Below are positions 51,374 to 60,956 of a stretch of DNA of 64,000 nt, piece by piece. A model generated the notes under the pieces. That model worked only from the letters and a program-made list of their open reading frames with translations. It was not told where the DNA came from and searched no databases. Source of the stretch: Gemmatales bacterium (GTDB lineage Bacteria > Planctomycetota > Planctomycetia > Gemmatales > HRBIN36); contig JBEPZY010000002.1 of assembly GCA_041640595.1 (NCBI GenBank), positions 276,551-340,550 on the forward strand, written 5' to 3'. Made by a program: the position numbers and the translations under genes. Position 1 is the first letter of the stretch, and every line of letters starts with the position of its first letter.

Positions 51374-53407
51374 GTGATGGCCATAATCAGGGTTATCTGG
51401 CGCCAGGCTCGACCGGAGAATGGTACGGCGTCGGTGCTTCCTGTTCCGGAGCGGGGGCAACCATTCCCGTTCCGAAGCATCGCTCACCGCTACCGGACTC
51501 CCTCGCCTCTGGCACAGGCAGGCAGGGGCTGGCCAATCTCGGTCTGGTCCATTGTGGTGATGGCTGTGGTGAGTGTCGGGATGGCGGCCAGGGTCGGGGC
51601 TGCTGAACCGCCCAGGGAACCGGTGGTGCGACCGGTGCGCGAGGGGTTGGTACAAACGCCGGTTCCGTTACTCAAGCCGGACAATCCCGGGACACCGCCT
51701 TCATCCACGGCAACGCCTGCGGCGTCCCCTGCCGGGAATGCTCCGGCCGCACCCTCTGGCGAGGCTTCCAATCAGGGCCAGCGACCCCGTAGCGTTGAGG
51801 AACCGCGGCCTTTGAAACCGTTTGCCGAAGGGCAGGTGCGTACACCTCTTCTGGGCGTTCGCAGTCCGGTAGGCAGCACACCACGACCTACTGCCGAACA
51901 AATCCGCGAGGCCGCCCAATACGTTGACCCCAACATCGTGGATCCTGCTTTCACCCTGGAAGTGGTGGTCGGCAGGCCCCGCTTGCTGATCCTCAAGCAA
52001 ACGCCGACGCGGGTGCAGATTGCCGATGACCGTATCGCCAATTACAACCTCCTCAGTGAACGCGAGCTGTCGCTTTTGGGTTTGCAGGTGGGCACCACGG
52101 TGCTCAACCTCTGGTTCCCTGACCTGCAGGATAAGACCAAGCAAAAAATCATCAGTTACCTGGTGAACGTTCTGCCCGACCCGGAATACAAGCTGCGTCT
52201 GGAGCAGGCGATGCAAGCGTTGCAGGAGGAGATCAATCGCACCTTTCCGGACAGCGTGGTCAGTTTGCGGCTGGTGGGCGACAAGGTAGTGGTGATGGGG
52301 CAGGCTAAGGATATTTACGAAGCGCGGATGATCCTGGACCTGGTTCGCTCGAACGTGCCCCGTACCTACCAAACGGTGCTGCCGGCCAGCCTGAATATCA
52401 ACCTGGATTTGACCAATCTCGGTTTCGACAACCTGCCCCGCAATTATCTCGGCCAGTTTCTCACTCCGGGTTATCCGGAAATCGTGGACGCCCTGCGTGT
52501 GCCAGGGGAACAGCAGGTGTTGTTGAAGGTGGTAGTGGCGGAAATTAATCGCTCGGCTGCTCGCAGTATCGGTGTCAACTGGCGGATCACCAATAACAAC
52601 AACATCACCCTGTTTTCCCACACGACCAACAGCCAGAATTTGCTGGCCAACATGACAGCGGCCTTCGATACCGGACAGATCACCGCCAGCATCGAAGCCC
52701 TGCGAACGTTGAATTATGCCCGGACACTGGCCGAACCCGTCGCCACGGTCATGAACGGGAACACGGCGGTTTTGCTGGTGGGCGGACAGTTTCCCGTGCC
52801 GGTGGTGACCGGACTGGCCGCACCCGGATTGCAAGGGGTTTCCTTTGTGCCGCACGGCGTGCTGCTGTTCTTCACGCCGTACATTCTGGATCGGGACAAA
52901 ATTCGCCTGACCGTGTGGGCCGACGTCAGCGAGGTCGATCCCGGACTGGGGGCCACTTTCGCTGGTACCACCCAGGTGCCCGGTTTGACCAGCCGTACCA
53001 TTTCCACCACCGTCGAGCTCCGGGAAGGTCAGACGTTAGCTATTGGCGGACTGATTTCCAATAAGCTGAGTGCCAACGGCAACCGCGTCCCGTATTTCGG
53101 AGAAGTGCCGTTCCTCGGTCGGCTGCTGGCTCACGATCGCATCACCCAGTTCGAGCAGGAACTGGTTATCCTTGTCACGCCGGAGCTGGTACACCCCCTG
53201 GAACCCAACGAAGTGCCGGCTCTGCCAGGCTCCGATGTGTTTGAGCCGGGCGATCTGGAATTCTTCATCTATGGCCGGCTCGAAAGCCGACGCAGCTACG
53301 ACTTTCGCAGCAGCGTCATGACCGACCTGCATCGCATGAAGCGCTATCGGGAATGTTCGCAGATTTTCATCCTGGGCCCGCATGGCCATTCCGACAACCG
53401 TCCATGA
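51374..53407 (+). CDS. cpaC: Tad/Flp pilus secretin (CpaC/RcpA family)
   Basis: GTTVLNLW N-domain; QVLLKVVVAEINR, LAEP, GGQFPVP, TTVELREGQTLAIGGL, VPFLGRL and ELVILVTPELV motifs. Start uncertain. Confidence 0.88.
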   Translation: MMAIIRVIWRQARPENGTASVLPVPERGQPFPFRSIAHRYRTPSPLAQAGRGWPISVWSIVVMAVVSVGMAARVGAAEPPREPVVRPVREGLVQTPVPLLKPDNPGTPPSSTATPAASPAGNAPAAPSGEASNQGQRPRSVEEPRPLKPFAEGQVRTPLLGVRSPVGSTPRPTAEQIREAAQYVDPNIVDPAFTLEVVVGRPRLLILKQTPTRVQIADDRIANYNLLSERELSLLGLQVGTTVLNLWFPDLQDKTKQKIISYLVNVLPDPEYKLRLEQAMQALQEEINRTFPDSVVSLRLVGDKVVVMGQAKDIYEARMILDLVRSNVPRTYQTVLPASLNINLDLTNLGFDNLPRNYLGQFLTPGYPEIVDALRVPGEQQVLLKVVVAEINRSAARSIGVNWRITNNNNITLFSHTTNSQNLLANMTAAFDTGQITASIEALRTLNYARTLAEPVATVMNGNTAVLLVGGQFPVPVVTGLAAPGLQGVSFVPHGVLLFFTPYILDRDKIRLTVWADVSEVDPGLGATFAGTTQVPGLTSRTISTTVELREGQTLAIGGLISNKLSANGNRVPYFGEVPFLGRLLAHDRITQFEQELVILVTPELVHPLEPNEVPALPGSDVFEPGDLEFFIYGRLESRRSYDFRSSVMTDLHRMKRYRECSQIFILGPHGHSDNRP

Positions 53408-53516
53408 GCCTGGCCAGCGACAGCGAAGGCGTCAGGGCCAATCGGCCCGGCAGGATATTCCGTAATCAGCGGGGCATAAAAACGGTAGCGGCAAACACGA
53501 AGGGGAGTACCTGTCC

Positions 53517-54230
53517 ATGAGCATACGGTTTTTCCAACACAGGCCGGCTGCGATACTGTTGGTATTGCTGACGGTGCTGTTCACCAGCTGCTCCATGTGT
53601 GGGCCGACCTGCGGCCCGATTTGTGGTCCGACTTGCGGTCCCGCTTGCGGACCGGTTCCGGTATTGTCCAGCGGGAATCTGGCCGTGGACAATTGCTCCA
53701 GCATTCCTCCCGGAGCGATCCCCGCACCGGTCGGAACGTATTTGCATAAGTTCATAGACCTGCAGGCAGCAAAAGCCGAGGCGGATGATTTCGTGATTTA
53801 CAACTACGAGTGGTATCTCGGTGGCCGCGATCTCGGCCCCTTCGGTCGCTATCACCTCAACGAGATTGCTCGCCGGTTGCCCAGTGTACCATTCCCGGTG
53901 GTGGTCGAGCCGTCGCTCGACCTGGAACTGAACGAAGCACGGCGACAGGTGATCGTGGATTACCTGGCTCTGTACGGCGTGCCCAACCCGCAGGATCGTG
54001 TCATCCTTGCGTTCCCGCAAGCCGGTGGACTCTATGGCGAGGAAGCGGTGATCATGAGCTATCGCTTTTACTCCACCGCATACGGATACGGTGGTTTCGG
54101 GCTGTTCGGCGGGGGATTGGGCTTCGGTCTGGGTGGATTTGGTGGCCTGGGACGATTTGGACTGTTCGGCGGACTGGGAACACGGGGCCGATTCCTGGGC
54201 GGTATCGTGGGTGGACTTCCGCCTTTCTGA
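53517..54230 (+). CDS. Putative lipoprotein associated with the secretin
   Basis: Hydrophobic signal ending LFTSC; CGPx repeats; Gly/Phe-rich C-terminal tail. Confidence 0.7.
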   Translation: MSIRFFQHRPAAILLVLLTVLFTSCSMCGPTCGPICGPTCGPACGPVPVLSSGNLAVDNCSSIPPGAIPAPVGTYLHKFIDLQAAKAEADDFVIYNYEWYLGGRDLGPFGRYHLNEIARRLPSVPFPVVVEPSLDLELNEARRQVIVDYLALYGVPNPQDRVILAFPQAGGLYGEEAVIMSYRFYSTAYGYGGFGLFGGGLGFGLGGFGGLGRFGLFGGLGTRGRFLGGIVGGLPPF

Positions 54231-54343
54231 CCGCTCCTGCTAGATTGGGCTTGCCTGCGACCGGGTTTGTTGGTTTATCCCTCCTGCCCGTGTGCAAGCG
54301 TGAGCACTGGGGCTGAGCCAAGGGGCGAATCGGTGGGAAACCC

Positions 54344-55726
54344 ATGAGAAGGTTGCGGCTGATCGGGGTGCTGGCCACGGCAGGGATGGTGGCGAGCGGC
54401 TGTGCTCACGGGCCGGCCCAACTCCTTCCTTCCCCGCCGTTGCTTCGCGGAGAAGCGCCGCGACTCGACGACCAGGAGCAGGCTGCCCAGGCTTTGCCCA
54501 CCGATGAAACGGTGCGGTTGCTGGTTGTGCACGGCGATAAGCTGGTCGAAAACGGGCGGGAATCGTTAGCGGTTGCCCAGTACGAGAAAGCGCGAGCTTT
54601 GCGGCCGGATTATCCTGGCCTGGCCCATAAACTGGCCGTGCTCTATGACCGTCTGGCTCAGGATCAAAAAGCCGCTGCCGAATATCGCCGGGCCCTCGAC
54701 CAGCAGCCTCACGACCCGTCCCTGCTCAACGATTTCGGTTATTTCCATTACCAGCGGGGCCGATATGCCGAGGCCGAGAAATACTTTCGCCAGGCCCTGG
54801 AAATTTGTGAACGGGGTGGCAAACACTGGTCGCTTCCCTGGAAAGCTGTCCCCGAGCCGGCTCAGGAAAACCTGCGTGACCGTGTGTGCGTCAACCTGGG
54901 GCTAGCGCTGGCGCAGCAACAGCGGTATCAGGAAGCCCTCGCCACCTTCGCGAAAGTGTTGACGCCAGCCCAGGCGCATTACAATCTGGCGGTGGTCATG
55001 CTGCAACAAGCCGGGCACCTGCCTCCCGATCGCCAGGCTGATCAGACGCGCTTGCAACAACAGGCACGCTCTCATTTACAGCAAGCCCTGCGACTGGACG
55101 GTTCATTACGGCAAGCCCATGCTTTGCTGAATGAACTGGAAAATCCGCAACCGCGCACTCCGCCCGCTCCGCCGACCATGCCCGGGCCGAAAGGGCAGAA
55201 CCGTTCTCGCAACGGCGACTCGCCCGCATCACAGCCAGGCAAGCCAACCGCCTCCCGCGATCAGCCAAGCACGACGCCGAACAGCAATTCCCAGTTTCTT
55301 ACTCCGCCTGTCCCCGTTCTCCACCCGCCGACAGTAACCGGGAGCGTCCCGCCGCCGGATAGTCCGTCCGAGAAATCGTCTCCGACCGCTTCGCCTTCTG
55401 AGGCGAGCTCGATTTCCCCGATTGCACCAGCGACGGCTCCCGCAACGGTCGAGCCGCCGATTTTTGTCCATGCGTCAGCAGACGGGTTGCCGACCGTACC
55501 GGCTTCGCCATCTGTTCCAACTAATTCCGCCCTCCGGGGATCGCCGCCGCTCACTCCCACATCCGCAACTAACCCGACGAATAGCGATAAGCCAGCTTCC
55601 CACGTCCGCATCACCCAGATACCTTCCGACCAAACGAACTTCGCCACTCCGGCAGACGACCAGCCACTGCCATCACCGCGGAAAAAGCCGTTACGCCCCG
55701 CACTTCGCGGCGACGAAAACGACTGA
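54344..55726 (+). CDS. TPR lipoprotein (TadD/pilotin-like) with a Pro/Ser/Thr-rich tail
   Basis: Lipobox VASGC; TPRs (LLNDFGYFHYQRGRYAEAEKYF, NLGLALAQQ, AHYNLAVV). Confidence 0.8.
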   Translation: MRRLRLIGVLATAGMVASGCAHGPAQLLPSPPLLRGEAPRLDDQEQAAQALPTDETVRLLVVHGDKLVENGRESLAVAQYEKARALRPDYPGLAHKLAVLYDRLAQDQKAAAEYRRALDQQPHDPSLLNDFGYFHYQRGRYAEAEKYFRQALEICERGGKHWSLPWKAVPEPAQENLRDRVCVNLGLALAQQQRYQEALATFAKVLTPAQAHYNLAVVMLQQAGHLPPDRQADQTRLQQQARSHLQQALRLDGSLRQAHALLNELENPQPRTPPAPPTMPGPKGQNRSRNGDSPASQPGKPTASRDQPSTTPNSNSQFLTPPVPVLHPPTVTGSVPPPDSPSEKSSPTASPSEASSISPIAPATAPATVEPPIFVHASADGLPTVPASPSVPTNSALRGSPPLTPTSATNPTNSDKPASHVRITQIPSDQTNFATPADDQPLPSPRKKPLRPALRGDEND

Positions 55727-55920
55727 CATCTGTACGACCGGGCTGACCGTGGTCAGGTTTCGCCCCCCACTTCGCGGCGACGAAAACGACTGACATCTGT
55801 ACGACCGAGCTGACCGTGATCGGGTTTCGCAGCTGGCACAGCTTTCCTTGCACTGCATGAGACTCAGCGACCGGGCTGGCCGTGATCGGGTTTCGCCCTC
55901 CACTTCGCGGCGATGATAAC
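55695..55920. repeat. ~67-bp tandem duplication of the gene's 3' end including the stop codon
   Basis: CACTTCGCGGCGACGAAAACGACTGACATCTGTACGACCG at 55701 and 55768; partial copy at 55901. Confidence 0.85.
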
Positions 55921-55995
55921 CGATCCCGCCAATGCGAAAACGCACAGCGTCACGCTATGCCGGACGTTATCATCCAGCGCCGCCGACGTCACGAT

Positions 55996-57145
55996 CGAGA
56001 GCGGCGGGCGTGAGCCCGCCGTGGGTGTGGAAACGCTTTTGCACAGACACGAGCGCGATTGTCCGCAAGACCGCCGACGGTGTGTGTGCGTGTGTGTGGA
56101 TGACCGTTGCATCCGCGCGCAGCGGCACCACGGGGGGCTTACGCCCCCCGCTCTTGCGTTGCGATGCGAACGTTTGCCGGCGGAAAAACGATTTTAGCGA
56201 TGCACAAACGCACATTCGCCAGGAGCGGCGGACGTCAGCCCGCCGTGGGTGTACAAACCGCGTTTGCAACGGCAATGCGCGGGATTTCCGTAAGCAGGTT
56301 CGCATGCCGAGAACACACCACGGGGGGCTAACGCCCCCCGCTCTTGTGTCTCGTGTACCGCAGATCGGTTGCCGGCGCATGTGGACATCAATCCGTGGCT
56401 CGTTTCGTTTCCCACGGGGGGCTTACGCCCCCCGCTCTTGTATTGCGGTGCGAATGTCTGCCGGCGAAAAAAAGATTTTTCCGATGCACCCACGCCATTC
56501 GCGGTGCACACACGCACGTGGACAGGAGCGGCGGGCGTTAGCCCGCCGTGGATCGGTGAACCGAACGCTGTACCGCGAAAATCGAACATTGTCCAGCGGT
56601 TAGCGAACCCACAACCAGGAGCGGCGGGGGTCAGCCCGCCGTGGGTGTGGAAACACGTTTGCGCAGACACGAGCGCGATTGTCCGCAAGACCGCCGACGG
56701 TGTGTGTGCGTGTGTGTGGATGACCGTTGCATCCGCGTTAATAGGTACCACGGGGGGCTGACGCCCCCCGCTCTCGTGTACCGCAGACCGCTGGCCGGCG
56801 CACGTGGACATCATCCGCGGCTCGTTTCGTTTCCCACGGGGGGCTTACGCCCCCCGCTCTTGTGCACCGTGTACCGCAGATCGGTTGCCGGCGCAGGTGG
56901 ACATCAATCCGCGGCTCGTTTCGTTATCCACGGGGAGCTGACGCCCCCCGCTCTTGCCATGCGGTGCGAATGTCTGCCGGCGGAAAAACGATTTTAGCGA
57001 TGCACAAACGCACACCGAAAAAGAGCGGCGGGCGTGAGCCCGCCGTGGGTTTACAAACCGCATCTGCAACGGCAATGCGCCGGATTTCCGTAAGCAGGTT
57101 CGCATTCCGAGAACACACCACGGGGGGCTGACGCCCCCGCTCTTG
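55996..57145. repeat. REP/BIME-like array 9 (~12 units)
   Basis: Same units; its linkers are inverted relatives of those in array 8. Confidence 0.9.
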
Positions 57146-57207
57146 CGTACCGTGTACCGCAGATCAGTTGCCGGCGCTGGTGGGCGTCACTGGGCGGCTG
57201 GACAGGT

Positions 57208-58017
57208 TCACAGCGTGGCCAGGAGGGCCTTCCAGCGTTTCCAGGCATCTTCGCGGGCTTTGCGGTCGGCTTCTGGCCCTTTCGGATCATCTCCCTGGCG
57301 CATGAAACCGTGGCCCGCTCCAGGATAAATCACCGCCTCAAATTTCTTGCCGAGTTGCTGCATGAGCGTTTTGGTATTGTCGAGGGTGGTGTTGATGCGA
57401 GCGTCGCGTTCGGCATAAAAACCGTACACCGGGCAGTTGATCTTGCTCAGTTGGTCGCGGGTATGCGGAAAAGCACCATAAAAGACGAAGGCCGCGCTGA
57501 GATCGGCCCGTTCGCAGGCAAACCGGAAACACTGTCCACCTCCCCAGCAAAAGCCGCACACCGCCAGCTTGCCGTTGCAGGCAGGGAGTTTCTTGGCGTA
57601 GTCGGCGACGGCGTGGAGATCGGCGAGGATTTGCCCGGCGTCGAGTTTGTAAAGAACCTTGGTGGCTTCGTCGGCGCTCTTGAAATCGCTGGTTCGACCT
57701 CCGCCGGGACCATGCCCGGACAGCAAATCGGGAGCGATCCCGATATAGCCCGCTTCTGCCAGTTCGTCGCAGACCAGTCGCACCCAGTCGGTCAGTCCGC
57801 GATTTTCGTGGATGACCAGAACGGCCGGCGTTTTTTCTTTCTTCTCCGGATACACGACGAAACAATGGATGGTGCGACCGTCGCGTTTGACTTCGACCCA
57901 CTCGTGATGGCGGCGGGACTGTTCCAGCCGCTGGCGGGCAAATTCCTGAGCAAAAAGGGTTTGTCCCAGCAGCGCCAGGGCGAGAGCCAGACCGAACCTG
58001 TACGTCGGATACCGCAT
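57208..58017 (-). CDS. Dienelactone hydrolase family protein (secreted)
   Basis: VIHENRGL, GFCWGG and YPGAGHGF motifs; signal peptide; AGGAGG RBS. Confidence 0.92.
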   Translation of the reverse strand: MRYPTYRFGLALALALLGQTLFAQEFARQRLEQSRRHHEWVEVKRDGRTIHCFVVYPEKKEKTPAVLVIHENRGLTDWVRLVCDELAEAGYIGIAPDLLSGHGPGGGRTSDFKSADEATKVLYKLDAGQILADLHAVADYAKKLPACNGKLAVCGFCWGGGQCFRFACERADLSAAFVFYGAFPHTRDQLSKINCPVYGFYAERDARINTTLDNTKTLMQQLGKKFEAVIYPGAGHGFMRQGDDPKGPEADRKAREDAWKRWKALLATL

Positions 58018-58409
58018 GGCAGCGTCCTCCTGTGAGTCCAAGGGCGGCGACAGCGGTGATTATAGCCAGGGCCTTTCGGAGCGTCCGCAATTAGTTCGCC
58101 AGGCGGAAGTTCGTGGCTTGCTGACCAGGCGAATTTACCCAGCGTGGTTCAGCGAAGCGGTCAGCGGGCGTGGCTGGCAACTTGGCCACAGGGATGACCC
58201 GCATTCCTGTCGAAGCACGCGCCAACCGTTTGCCGGAAAACACGGTTGGTCTTGAAAGGTTGCAGCCAGCACTGCTAAAAACGGACAGTCACCGATGGGG
58301 CTGAAATTTTGCCGCTGACGAATTCGCCCAGGAGCGGGCTTGGCGATCCCGGCGCGGGTATCGGTCAGCGACTGGCGTATCCTCCGCGAGCCTCGGATGG
58401 GAACAAAGC

Positions 58410-59141
58410 ATGAAGCTGCGGCATCCGCTGCTGATCCGGCTGATGGCATCTCTGGCGGCACCCTTGCTGCGCAGCTGGGTGGGAACGGTGACGTATCGCT
58501 TCTCGCCGGAATGTCGCTGGGTGCATCCGGAGAGCGAACATGTGACCGGCCGATTTATCTACGCGATCTGGCATGAGGCGTTGCTGGTGCCGGCGGGGGT
58601 AAAAAGTCCCCGGCCAGTGGTCGCTCTGATTAGCCGTCATGCGGACGGGGAACTCATCGCCCAGGTGTGTCGCTGGTTCGGAGTGCGAGCGGTGCGGGGT
58701 TCGTCGCGGCGGGGCGGAGCGGCAGCCCTGCGGGAATTGATTGAGGAGCATGCCCGCAGTCACATTCTGGTAACGCCCGATGGGCCGCGGGGACCGCGTC
58801 GCTGTGTCCAGCCGGGAGCGGTTTATCTCGCCTCCTGCACCGGCCTGCCCATCGTGCCGGTGGGTGTCGGTTTCTCACGGGCCTGGCGTGCTCCCAGCTG
58901 GGATCGCTTGGCCTTACCCTGGCCGGGCAGCACGGTTTACGTGGTGGTACATCCTCCCGTGAGCGTGCCGGGCCAGCTCAATCGCGAGGGATTGACACCG
59001 TATTGTCAACAGTTGCAGCAGGCAATGGACCAGGCGACCTTGCGAGCCGAACGGTGGGCACAGACCGGTCGGTTACCAGCGTGGGGCGAGTGCATCGCTG
59101 CCCAGCACTCTTCACCTGTCTCACCTGCGCAGGCAGCGTAG
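58410..59141 (+). CDS. DUF374 / lysophospholipid acyltransferase family protein
   Basis: IYAIWHE, LISRHADGE, VRGSS and TPDGPRGP motifs. Confidence 0.88.
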   Translation: MKLRHPLLIRLMASLAAPLLRSWVGTVTYRFSPECRWVHPESEHVTGRFIYAIWHEALLVPAGVKSPRPVVALISRHADGELIAQVCRWFGVRAVRGSSRRGGAAALRELIEEHARSHILVTPDGPRGPRRCVQPGAVYLASCTGLPIVPVGVGFSRAWRAPSWDRLALPWPGSTVYVVVHPPVSVPGQLNREGLTPYCQQLQQAMDQATLRAERWAQTGRLPAWGECIAAQHSSPVSPAQAA

Positions 59142-59174
59142 GATCGAGGAAGCGGTGGCCCAGTCGGCTGGCGG

Positions 59175-59723
59175 TTAGCGTGGCTGTCGGCGAGTGATGT
59201 AATCCTTGACCCGCTGCTCGAAGTCCGCGCTCCGCAGACCCATGGTGCGAGCTTCCTGCACCGCTTGATCCCAGCTGACTTTTTCGTCGAGCACGCGGTA
59301 AGCCAGCCACACGGCAGCCGCACGATTGGCGGAACCGCAATGCACCAGAACCGGCCGATTTTTCGGATTTCGTAAAACCTCGCGGGCTTTGTCCAGAAGG
59401 GCATCGGTTAACTCTTCCGCCTTCTGGAAAGGCAGGTGAACATAAGCGATGCCCTGGGCTTCCACCACGGCACGTTCATCGAAGGAAATTTCGTCTGCTT
59501 TGCGGAAGTTGAGAATGGTCTTGATACCGAGCTTTTTCAGCTCGGCAAAATCCTCTTTTCCCGGTTGGCCGCCTACATAAATGTCGGCAAGGCGGGAGAG
59601 CTTCTGGATAGTGCCACACCGGACGGTCTCCGGTTGTGCCGGTTTTTGCGCAGCCACCTGCGCCATGGTCAGACCGGCAGCCAAAAGTAATGCCAAGCAG
59701 TTCGGCATGCAGACTCGTTTCAT
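59175..59723 (-). CDS. DUF442/DSP-like phosphatase or sulfurtransferase-like exported protein
   Basis: GGQP, IKTILNFR and PVLVHCGSANRA (HCxxxxR); signal peptide. Confidence 0.85.
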   Translation of the reverse strand: MKRVCMPNCLALLLAAGLTMAQVAAQKPAQPETVRCGTIQKLSRLADIYVGGQPGKEDFAELKKLGIKTILNFRKADEISFDERAVVEAQGIAYVHLPFQKAEELTDALLDKAREVLRNPKNRPVLVHCGSANRAAAVWLAYRVLDEKVSWDQAVQEARTMGLRSADFEQRVKDYITRRQPR

Positions 59724-60859
59724 GGGTAGCCTCCGGTTCGGGAAAAGTAGTCGAATCGGCGGCGTGCCTGTTCGAGGGCCCGCCGAATGAAAATGTATTC
59801 GCCGACGTTGGCGGGTGTGAGCAGACCGACGATCTGGCCCTGGACCACCACGGGCACAACCGGGCAGTTATCGTGTTGCATGCGGAGCAGTACGGTTTCG
59901 ACCATCTCGTAGGGGCTGGCGGTCATACAATCCCGCCGCATCACCTCGGCGACCGAAGCCTGTGGCCCGAGTTCGGCCAGACCGCGAATGATATCGGTAC
60001 CGGTGAGCACACCCAGGAGCTGGCCATTTTCCACCACGGGAAAATCGTCCTGGTAGCCGGCCAGGATGGCCCGCGCCGCATCGGCCAGGGTATCCTGCGG
60101 GGAAAGCGTCTGGAAATTGGTAATCATCGCCGCACTCACAGGGATGCCCCAGAGTGCCGCTTTTTGCCGCGTCATCGCTGCTTCCTGCTCCGCCCCAATC
60201 CACACAAACAGGGCAATGAACAAAAGCCACGGATTGAACAGCAGTCCCAGCAGGCCAAACAGCACCGCCATTCCCTGGCCGATTCTGGCAGCGATGTCGG
60301 TCGCCCGACTGTAATCCATGTTCATGGCGAGAACGGCCCGCAACACCCGGCCTCCGTCCATTGGAAATGCCGGCAACAGGTTAAACACTACCAGCACCAC
60401 ATTCACCCAGAACAACCAGCGTAGTGTTTGCAGCAGGTCCGAAGCGGTCATGGACTCCGGAGGCTCCAGCAACTTCCCGGCATCTCCCGTTACGGCGGCG
60501 AACGCGGCGAAGAACAGCAGAGCCAGTACCACGTTGACTGCCGGCCCGGCCACAGCAACCAGCAATTCCTGCACAGGTTTTTCCGGAATACGTTCCAGCC
60601 GTGCCACTCCGCCGATCGGCAAAAGAATAATATCGCGGGTACGAATCCCGAACCGTCGTGCGGTCAGGGCATGCCCGAGTTCGTGCAATACCACGATGCT
60701 GAACAGCAGCACCATCAGCATCACGCCCATCAACGCTTCCAGCAAATCGTAGTGGGCCAGATAGTGTATGATGCCAACATACGCCAGCAGGAGCACAAAC
60801 GTAAAGTGCACGTAAATGTCAATGCCGAACAAGCGGGCAATTCGCCAGGACCAGCCCAT
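59720..60859 (-). CDS. Site-2 protease (M50) with CBS domains
   Basis: HELGH, AGPAVN and FNLLPAFPMDGGR; C-terminal CBS pair. Confidence 0.93.
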   Translation of the reverse strand: MGWSWRIARLFGIDIYVHFTFVLLLAYVGIIHYLAHYDLLEALMGVMLMVLLFSIVVLHELGHALTARRFGIRTRDIILLPIGGVARLERIPEKPVQELLVAVAGPAVNVVLALLFFAAFAAVTGDAGKLLEPPESMTASDLLQTLRWLFWVNVVLVVFNLLPAFPMDGGRVLRAVLAMNMDYSRATDIAARIGQGMAVLFGLLGLLFNPWLLFIALFVWIGAEQEAAMTRQKAALWGIPVSAAMITNFQTLSPQDTLADAARAILAGYQDDFPVVENGQLLGVLTGTDIIRGLAELGPQASVAEVMRRDCMTASPYEMVETVLLRMQHDNCPVVPVVVQGQIVGLLTPANVGEYIFIRRALEQARRRFDYFSRTGGYP

Positions 60860-60956
60860 AGTTGTTCGCTCCCCAAAAGGCAGATGGTGTCAGCTGTGGA
60901 TGCTGGAAGAATCGGGATTGCTGTTACGCTGCGGGCAGGCGACAAGATGGCGGTTT

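Noticed and set aside
898..57145. CRISPR interpretation of the ~29-bp palindromic repeat arrays
   Set aside because: Units alternate in orientation, intervening segments are 60-170 nt and are reused rather than unique, and no cas genes are present.
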